Part shown: piece after piece, positions 54,501 through 64,000 of the stretch
How the letters are laid out: the number at the start of each line of letters is the position of its first letter
How positions within the stretch are numbered: the stretch's first letter is position 1
Source: Saccostrea echinata
Taxonomy: Eukaryota
DNA length: 64,000 nt
Direction of reading: 5' to 3'
Assembly: GCF_033153115.1 (NCBI RefSeq)
Contig: NW_026889759.1
Span: 8,742,001-8,806,000 of the forward strand
Translations under genes and position numbers: made by a program
Notes under the pieces: generated by a model
Told to the model about the DNA's origin: nothing
The model's database searches: none
The model's input: only the letters and a program-made list of their open reading frames with translations

Positions 54501-57500
54501 CCTATGACAACATGAGGTTTTTTAGCCAGCATCAAAGCTTGTGTCATCATATCAATCCCTCCCACAATCACAGCTAAAGAAAAACACAGTTCATGTTAAT
54601 ACACAAGCTAATACATCTTACCTACATCTATATCTACTTGTTAAGTAATCAGCAGTTGCATGATTTTTGATGCCTTTATTTGCCACTAAAACACCCAGTG
54701 CATTGCATGAAACTAAAAGGTATTTTATCTTTTTTGAACCCAATTTACTGAATACTTGAACAAATTTCTACTGACCACATTTGATTCCAATTGATGCCCC
54801 AAGAGCCTCGAATTGTTCAGAAATTTGGAAAGCCAGCTCTCTTGTAGGAGTTAGGACAAGAGCATAGAGTCTTTGAGGATTATCAAGAAGTGTCTGTAAA
54901 ATTGGTAATGCAAATGCTCCTGTTTTTCCTGAACCAGTCTCTGCTAATCCAATCACATCTGACCCTATTATAAATACATAAACAAAATTTTACTTTTCAT
55001 TCAGATGTCAAGGTTATTTTTAAGTTGAAAACTTAATGACCTTGTGATTACCAGACTATGAAAACTTTATGGGTTCATAATAAAATCCAAGGCTTAAAAT
55101 GCATTAATTGTAAAAAATAAACTGATATTTAAAAATTTATATTACACAAATGTTCAGGCATGTACACAAGTAATGCTGTAGATTTAATCTCTTATTGTAT
55201 GAAATGTAACATTGTAACACTTTCTTCATGTCACTGCCGAATTGCAGCCTTGATAAATACTGTATGTGTACTTAAAAAAGCAGGCTTCATATTTTAGCGG
55301 CTTTGGTGCAGACAATGATGCGCTAATTCATGAATACCGCTAAGAAATCATTTATAAATACAATATACTGCATGGAAATGTATAGCGCTAATTCATATTT
55401 TCGCCAAAAACTCCATACCCAGTGATTGCGCTATATTTTGAATATGCCAATTTATGTATACACGTACAGTATAATGCTTTAAAGAGTCCAATCTGTTGAA
55501 ATTAAATGACAAAATACAAATAACTCAAGAAAATAAAAACTTTTATGGTATGGGCAAATAGTCATCTGAATTTCATTTGCCTAGCAAATATTTTACATAT
55601 ATTGACACATTGTTATCTGCAACTTGAGCAGTTTTTAATGCAACTGAATCATTTTTGTAACATTTAGCTTTAGGTGTACCTTGCAGAGCAACTGGAATAG
55701 CTTCTCTCTGGATCTTCGTTGGAGCTTTCCATTTTAATTGTTCACAGGCCTCACAGAGAACATCAACAATGCCCTGAAATTAAGGAAGTTAAATGAAACT
55801 TAACCTAATTCTTTTTCTTTCATTGTAAGTTGTATTGTTAAATTCATTTATCACTTGTTGACTCCTTTACATAGTGGATATCAGTCATACGATATCATTT
55901 TCATACCAACAGTCATGTTACCACAATGCTCATATACAAGAGGCCCATGGGCCACACCTCTCACCCACCATGGCTCAGGGATAGAAAGCACACAACTTGT
56001 TTGATAAAAATAATATCCAACCACAAACTATGGGGAAATTCTTTATTATTTATACGCCTTGATTCATTTTCCATCCACTGGCATTGAATTAGCAGATTAT
56101 GTTGTATGAATTTGTTTTGTGTAATGACAAATCCCAAGACCAGATCTATAGTCAATCAGAACTTATCAGATGTCTCCCATCACTCAACAATCACGACTTC
56201 CTAATTGGCTACCACAGAAGAAACCTTGTGTGTATTTGCTAATTATGGGCAAATAAAACATTTTGACCAACTGTGAATAGAAAAGATTTATAGAACATCA
56301 CCTCCCTGATCTGCATCTTGTATGAATTTTTACTACCAATGCAGCTGTAATAACACTGAAAACTTCCTTGAATCATGGGCAACCTTTTGTTCACAAGATT
56401 TTTTTCCTAATCTTTAGTATTTTTATATACCAGTAGAGGGACAGTTTCTAAAACTTTACAAAATGGGGAAATGATACCAGATATCACAATGTAGGTATGA
56501 TATGTTAGAAATTCATGTACTTTTGATATGTATCATGACCTTTTAATATTCTTAGAAGGCACCTGGGATGGACTGATTACACCTTGATAGAATGTTCTAG
56601 CTATCATTTAAATGATATTATCCTGATAAACAGTCTACTAATGAATTATGTTCATTTTGTGTGTTGGCAATGTAGCAATTTAAGCTGGGGTAGATAATTC
56701 TCATATACATATACACTACTGAAAATTCAGGGGGTTCCTAGTGTTTATATGGCATGTAAATTGGAAGTGATAAAAAATGTTGAAAAATATGTTGATTTTT
56801 GTTCTTTAATATGTGGATTTTTTTTTTCATTTGTAATATTTTTATTATTATTATTATATAATCTAATTCTGGTTGTAACATGGCATTTGATTGGATAAAA
56901 AACTGTATAAATCAGGTTGAGCCCGCGTGGCGCAGTGGTTAGAGCGTCTGCTCTAGAGTCGCGAATTAAGGTGTTGATTCTTACGTCGCGGGTTCAAATC
57001 CCACTGTGGGACGTGGAGACCGGTCCTTCGGATGAGACCGTATAAACCGAGGTCCCGTGTCACAGTAGGTGCTGGCACGAAAAGATCCCTCACTTTTCAA
57101 TGGCCGTAAGTGCAAAGTATAGGACAAAATTTGCAGCCCTCCACTGGCAAGTTGTGGCATCTCCATACGAGTGAAAAATTCTTGAGAGGGACGTTAAACA
57201 ACATACAAACAAAAAAAAATAAATTGGGTTGCCTACATCACAATGACTTGCCTCAAAAACGTATCGATATGCATGATGTTACATTTAAATTTTGTACAAT
57301 TTAAGTCGTTTTTTCAGAGTAATCATCTTTTTTTTCTTACATTAAACAGGTTGGGCACACACCACCAAATGGTCATTTAACCCCCGTTTGGTGGTCAATC
57401 GCCCATATCGGAGTCGGTATTTACTGACCATTTGGGAGAGAAAAATCGTTTTGTTCAATTCTGTGGAATGGGGTGAAATGGCACATAATATTAACTCGTG

Positions 57501-58934
57501 GGGAATAAAATATAGACATTTATCGGTAATATGAACAAAAAAAATTGGAAATTCAACGCGGAGTTTTTTGCGCAGTGTCGTTCAATTTTTTGACCAAATC
57601 GTCACCAACGTAAACAAGTACAACATTTCTGTTTTGACTATAAAAAGAAATTTTCTCTCCTTCCCGAACGTTGTTGCACCTGTTGATTGCGTTTCTTACT
57701 TTCTATTTTTATCATCCGGGCAACCAATCAAATAATTTAAACCAATAAAAAAAGATGATCTTTTCCGAACCGGGTCAAAAGTCTGATTTGACTACGGAGG
57801 CACATTAGTGTCAATTTTCAATTAGAAAATAAAAGAAAAGAGAAGAATTTGCTTTTATTCTGTTTTATTTTGCACGCGATGGCTTTATTCTTTATAAAAA
57901 TAAAATATACAGTGAGATCATGATATAATAATTGCTTCAAAACGATGTTCTTGGAATTAAAACAAGAATAATTGCAACTGTCACTTTGTAAATCTTTTAT
58001 TCAAAATCATTGATTAGATATAGTAGATTCATCACAAATATGCATACTAAACCACAAAAGGTCACACAGAAATCGCAACTTCATCCTAAAAGTAAATAAA
58101 GAATAAATGTTACATTCAAATGTAGAAAAAATGAATATTATAGCAATAAGTGCCCACCATACCAGTAAAGTATGAGGAGCTTGTGTTTAACATGATTCTA
58201 TAGAGATTTATTTAGACGAAGATCCAAAGATCGATTGAAAGTTAACTTCTAAAGAGTTATATCACTGGTCTAAATAGAATTTTTATTAAACTAGACACAA
58301 GAAAATATTTTTTTGATTGATTAAGCAAGAAGTTCGGCCGTCACGGACAGCTGTAGTATCGTTTTTACGAAGTTCCACAGAAATTACACATGGAAAATCG
58401 ACCGAACTGTATTAATTGTGCGAGGAATATGTTTACTAAAATTCCCCAAGGCCTATACGAATGCGCCTTTGCTTTATTTTTATAAAAATTGGGTTTGAAT
58501 AAAAAAGACCACCATTTGGTCAGTAAATACGACTCCGATATGGGCGATTGACCACCAAACGGGGGATAAATGACCATTTGGTGGTGTGTGCCCAACCTGT
58601 TAAATGAATGAAAATTAAATTATAAGGAATGAATTCGTTTATCTCATTCAACTCAAAGGAGCCTCTAAAGAAATTGTATCCATTTTCTGTTGAATAAATG
58701 CGTGTTGACGACTGACAGACATAAAAAAGTGTCAGAATCTTTTTTGTAGCAATCCGGACAACATTTAACATTTATAACAATCCGGAAATTCACCTATGTG
58801 TCTAAGTTATCAGGGACATAATACGTCCCTGAAATTATTGAACACTAAATTACCAGTGACTTGAAAGTCACGTTCTCCGTCTCTCCAGCTTCTGTGGAAT
58901 TTGTTGCTTCTGTTTTCTTCTCACTCGTGTTCAT
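51565..58934 (-). CDS. DDX47: DEAD-box RNA helicase DDX47/Rrp3. Exons 58934-58854, 55773-55680, 54964-54776, 54573-54502, 54192-54122, 53957-53910, 53713-53642, 53425-53309, 52998-52852, 52618-52542, 52406-52275, 51986-51857, 51684-51565
   Basis: [66 protein letters not shown]. Confidence 0.95.
56919..57218 (+). mobile_element. tRNA-derived SINE with a Meta-type central domain
   Basis: A box TGGCGCAGTGG; B box GGTTCAAATCC; CCTTCGGATGAGACCGTATAAACCGAGG core; A-rich tail. Confidence 0.8.
57347..58599. mobile_element. Non-autonomous hAT-like element with 5-bp TSD
   Basis: ~84-bp TIRs starting CAGGTTGGGCACACACCACCAAATGG; TTAAA on both flanks. Confidence 0.75.
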
Positions 58935-59138
58935 TTTCACCAGATCAATGTTAACAAACACCTTGCATCTTGTAGTGAAAAAAATCTTATTAAAATAAAA
59001 CGCATTTGAGACTATCAAACTCAATATTAACTCGTACGTAGTGCAATAAAGTCTTCGTTACCTGTGCGTTTTACATGATTTTCGTTTTGCATGGAAGTTC
59101 GAAGTAAATATATTACATAGACGAAACGTTTTTCGAAC
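58935..59138. promoter_or_regulatory. Putative bidirectional promoter DDX47/PHF5A
   Basis: 204 bp between divergent ATGs; GGAAGT ETS-like site near 59093; CpG-enriched. Confidence 0.65.
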
Positions 59139-62100
59139 ATGGCAAAGCATCACCCAGATCTTATTTTTTGCAGAAAACAGCCTGGTGTAGGTATGTAAGG
59201 CGGAAAAGGTATTTTTGATGTATTAATAACTTTGTTTTCTTTTAGGTCAGCCATTTTTCAATCAGATATTCTTTCATCAGACTCGTGATAAGAACATACA
59301 TTATACATATATCCACTGGTTTCACTATACAGCTATATACATGATATACACTAAAACAGGTCTGGTTAAATACGTTGCTTGATATGTCTCCTTCAGTGCA
59401 TTTACAATCAAAGTTCTAAAAGTTCTGTAACAGAAGAGCAGAAAAATGCGACAGACCAGACCGGGATTCGAACCCGGGCCTCCTGAATCTCCAGTCAGGT
59501 GCTCTACCAACTAAGCTCTTAGCTGTCTGGCCACCTGCCATCAAGCCTGTCTGACCGCCACATTCCTCTCCTCTCTCCTCAGTCCCAGAAGACACCAACC
59601 CAGGCTCTTCCCTGGCCAGGTCTTGTACCTGTACCATCCTGGTCAACAGCACCAAATGTAAGGGGTGCGTCGATTTACCCAAATGGACCCAAATGGAAAC
59701 AAATAGACCCAAATGGAAACTCAAATGGACCCAAATGGAAACTCAAATGGACCCAAATGGAAATCAAACGGACCCAAATGGAAATCAAATTGAAACCAAA
59801 TGGAATTTTAAATATATATTATCGTATTTTAAAGATGCTACTTAAATAAATAAATTTCCAAATTTAGGAGCATTAATGAAATGCACAACATATATCATTG
59901 TTTAAAATAGCAATTTATCCAATAAAGAATAAAAAAAGATTAGCGGATTAAAAACCAAGTATCAAGTATCATAATAACTATCTACAATATAAATTTAATT
60001 ATAAACCTATATCCTTTAGCGTAAATTAAGTTCATTAAGAATAAGTTATTAAATTAGAAAGTTAATACTTCTGTATATTTTCTATATAAATTTAATATTA
60101 TATATTTCAATTTTCTTTTCAATGATATGCAAAAGTTAATTACAAATAGAAAAAAAATATAGAAAAGAATGATTAATATTCTCCATTTGTAAGTTCATTA
60201 TTTTCATAATTTTATATAAGTAACAACTTGATAATACGATAATATATATATATTTGAAATTGCATTTGATTTCCATTTGGGTCCATTTGTGTCCATTTGG
60301 GTTGCATTTCATTTTGGGTCCATTTGGGTAAATCGACGCACCGAATGTAACAGTAGAGGAGAAAAACGTGACGGACCAGACCAGTCTCCAGTCAGGTGCT
60401 CTACCAACTGAGCTATCTGACCACCAATGATCGAACCCATCTGACTGCCACATTCCTCCCTCCTTAAAGGCCTCGGCCACCGAAGACATCAATCCAGGCC
60501 CTTCCTTGCCAGGTCTTTCACCTGTCACTTCCAGGGCATGGCTTGGCACCAAATGTAACAGGAGAGGAGAAAAATGTGGCAGACCAGACCAGTTTCCAGT
60601 CAGGTACGCTACCAACTGAGCTATCTGGCCACTGGTGATTGAACCCGCCTGATCGCCACATTATTTGTGACCACACAGTTACTTCTTGAATGAAGTAACA
60701 AAGAAGACCAGTTCTGACAAACATGATATAAATTGATTGGTAATAATTCAGCACAATGAGAAGAAATCATATTTATCCACACAAGATGGTGGACAGTTAC
60801 TCAATCAGCACATATCACAGTTAGAATATGTCCCATATAGTTGAAAGTAGCAAAACGGAGTGATTTGCTCCAACAGTATTTTGGAGTATACAAAAGGAGT
60901 TGCACTGAAAATAATCACGAATTTTATCATAACAAACCTTTTTGAGCTTGTATATGCCTTCTCTCCCCTTTACCACACAAAACCAAACAAACAAACAGAA
61001 AACAAGGAAAAGGGAGAAAAAAATCACACATCATCACAATGTTCTATTTATATGCCATGTCATTTCCCTGAATGGTTTGTAGAATACACATAGATTAGAA
61101 TTATCTGCCCCTGTTTATTTGACTACCCGGTACATTGAAAGTTACACATTGAACAAATTCTATCGTGATCCAGGTACCTAGGACAAATCATTTCAGTTAC
61201 AGAATGTTCTGTCTGCCCGGACCCCTGCATTACTGCACATGTAGTCAGGTGCTATAATAACTGTTATCCAGTCAAATATCCATAGTATCCTTGACCTAGG
61301 AGTTTGACCTACTTTTGAAAAACTTTAACCTTGGCCATAACTTTCGAACAGTTGGTGCTTGGGGTTTCAAACTTCACACCTGTATTCCTTGTGACAAGAC
61401 CTTCCTCTGGATATCAACCTCTTTGACCTTTTGACCTTGACCTAGGAGTTTGACCTACTTTTGAAAAACTTTAACCTTGGCCATAACTTTTGAATGGTTG
61501 GAGCTAGGGCTTTCATAATTCACATATGCAATCCTTGTGACAAGACCTTTTCTTGGATACCAACCACCTTGACCTTGACGTTTTACTTACTTTTATAAAC
61601 TTTAACCTTCGCCATAACTTTTGAACAGTTGCAGCTATGGCTTTCAAATTTCACAGGTATATTCCTCGAGACAAAACCTTTCTTTGGGTACCAACATTTT
61701 TTTCTTTTGGCCTGGATTTTGACTTGCATTTGAGAAACTTTAACCTTCGCCATAAGCTGCCATACAGGGGCATCAGTGTTTCACAAACACATCTTGTTTT
61801 TTCTTGACTTTCATTGAAAATTAATAATTTTTCTTGAAACATTGTACAAATAAACCTATTGATTGTTATGCTTTCTTTTTCAGCTATTGGTAGACTCTGT
61901 GAAAAATGTAAGTTTTTGTTTGCATCTTAATTACTTGAAGTTGAATTTGAATGTTATAAAGATTAATACATGTACTACAAACTTCATACATATGATATGA
62001 ATGTGATTGGATATTGAAACTTATATGGTATATAATAATCCTAGGAAAGTAGGAAGAAATGTTGTTTACAGTTTTCCACAAAAGCATTTTGTTTTGTAGG

Positions 62101-62720
62101 TGATGGTAAATGTGTAATATGTGATTCATATGTCAGGCCATGCACATTGGTGCGGATCTGTGATGAGTGTAATTATGGCTCCTACCAAGGTCGTTGTGTG
62201 ATTTGTGGAGGGCCTGGGGTTTCAGATGCTTACTACTGCAAGGAGTGTACCATAATGGAGAAAGATGTGAGTACAGACACATGTACATACAGATATATGC
62301 TTTACATATTCAGTTGAACTTCAGTATCTCAAACATCAATATTGTAAATACCATAGATATGTTGAGGAGAGTTAAAAGTCCCGATGACTTTTTCTTCATA
62401 TTTTAACCTTGATATCTGGAATCATCAGGGCTGCATTCAAGATCGTAGGAACTAACCTAGCAGCTAGGTGGTAGATATCTACTAGTATCTCAATTGAACA
62501 GACAGCTAGCCTACCTGCTAAGTGTTAGATTTTGAATAAAGATATGTCAGTAAACACTAATTGTTGGAACGTACATGTATGTCAAGTCTAATTAATAATA
62601 TAATTAATGTACAGTTTACTTCTCTTTTAGAGAGATGGATGTCCAAAGATAGTGAATCTGGGAAGTGCAAAGACAGATCTGTTTTATGAAAGAAAGAAAT
62701 ATGGATTCAAGAAGAGATGA
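59139..62720 (+). CDS. PHF5A: PHD finger-like domain protein 5A (SF3b subunit), 110 aa. Exons 59139-59190, 61884-61907, 62100-62266, 62631-62720
   Basis: [58 protein letters not shown]...[16 protein letters not shown]. Confidence 0.98.
59426..60660 (-). mobile_element. Tandem TRIM array with tRNA-like LTRs (LTR-int-LTR-int-LTR)
   Basis: LTRs ~59426-59562, 60346-60452, 60554-60660 (minus strand TGTGGC...GTTACA); PBS-like TTTGGTGC and purine tracts between them; A and B boxes in the first LTR. Confidence 0.8.
59662..60343. mobile_element. MITE inserted at the edge of the middle LTR
   Basis: TIR GGTGCGTCGATTTACCCAAATGGACCCAAA with CAAATGGA subrepeats; AATGTAA duplicated on the flanks. Confidence 0.75.
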
Positions 62721-64000
62721 GAACTATTGATGGTGTATATGAAATTATTAGTTGACAAAAACATCAGAAAAGCATTCTTTGTGAATTGTGAGCAAATTTT
62801 ATCTGTGAAAAACTTGGTGCAAGCAATGGTCTGCCAGTTGAATGTGTAAATGTTTACTCATCATCAGTTTTGTATTTCATGTGAAATATCATAGACCTCA
62901 TTTTCATTTTTTATTTCAGTAGGAATATAAATATATAACATTACATACATTGTTTTTATTATTTTAATATTTTAAGAATTTTGTAAACAAGAAAAAATAT
63001 CAGGATGATGTTCCAAGAATTGCCAAATATGAATTAACAATGAATGCCATTCAAGCTATGATCTAATTGCTGATATTTCTTTAGCTTGTTACTTTGATTT
63101 TGCTTTTCAAACACTGCCAGGCAAAGGAGTATTCTACTTAAGTATAGTAGTGTGGTCCCTTTTTACACCCTTGGTTTACCGGTTAAATATTAGCGTACGG
63201 TATTTTGATTGTTTTCATTGTGTATAACGAAGTATTTCTAATTAAAACATTGTGTATTTATAATGAATAATTAAACATATAAAAAAATACAAGCCTATTT
63301 TTAACACCTATCGCACTAAAAAATCCCGGAACATTTTCACCCGATCAGACTACGGTTTCTCTATTACATGGAAATGGGCGGAGACATTTAGATTAGATAC
63401 TATAAAAAGAAGATCTTGGAATTATATTTTTCGTTCAAAGACGAATATTATATGTTCAAGATTCACAATTAACTACAAATACAATTTTCTATTTACAAAA
63501 CTTTGGCAATAAAAGCTATAACAAGATGAACCAAACAAGTCCATGCTGATCGATATAAAACTGAGTATGTTTCAACTGAGAACTAGCACGTTTACTGGGG
63601 GCATTTACCCGTAACGATACAAATCCACGTGGCTTGCTATGATTCTAAACAGGTCATAAAGAGGTTAATCGCATGTAAATGAAGTCAACGAAGAGATTCA
63701 AAATCATAATACTTTTAATTAGAAAACATAGAGCACAAGGTTGTTCAACAAAGATATTTTCACTCAACCTTTACACATATAATATACACATTATATTTCA
63801 AACTCGACTCTGAACAAACCTGTGCTCGGTGTTTACGAAAGCTTTGAAGTGTGTACCTGTCACTGATTTCTTTTGATATTCATGAAAATCGAAGGACCCT
63901 ACCTTCAACGCGCAGCTTCATATGCTGCCTATATCTATTGTTAGACATTCTTAGATGATGATTCAAATAATAAAGACATTAGTTAATAATAAAATTTAAT

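Noticed and set aside
59455-59520. Functional tRNA gene (also ~30930-30980 and ~56920-57010)
   Set aside because: No proper acceptor stem, irregular anticodon loop, and embedded in TRIM LTRs or a SINE
59416-60754. Minus-strand ORFs of 102, 159 and 78 aa
   Set aside because: They lie in non-coding TRIM/MITE repeats within PHF5A intron 1 and show no domain motifs

Overview
AT-rich, intron-containing animal genomic DNA. The ~166-bp Cg170-like satellite inside Helentron-associated elements (HINEs) and a Meta-type SINE point to an oyster (Crassostrea/Magallana-like). Six spliced genes could be assembled by hand with GT-AG junctions and consistent phases: IVD (+), METTL23 (-), BOLA1 (+), an M3/oligopeptidase-A-family gene (-), DDX47 (-) and PHF5A (+). 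The rest is mostly mobile DNA: a 6.7-kb Mutator element with a nested insertion, several non-autonomous TIR elements, HINEs, a SINE and tRNA-LTR mini-retrotransposons. Main finding: IVD carries three tandem homologous 94-nt copies of the exon encoding the catalytic Glu helix. Only one copy can be used in frame, and the copies differ at substrate-pocket residues, suggesting active-site swapping by mutually exclusive splicing. Second finding: the M3-family protein has an intact ~733-aa frame but has lost every zinc ligand and the catalytic Glu. All calls are from manual reading; no searches were run.
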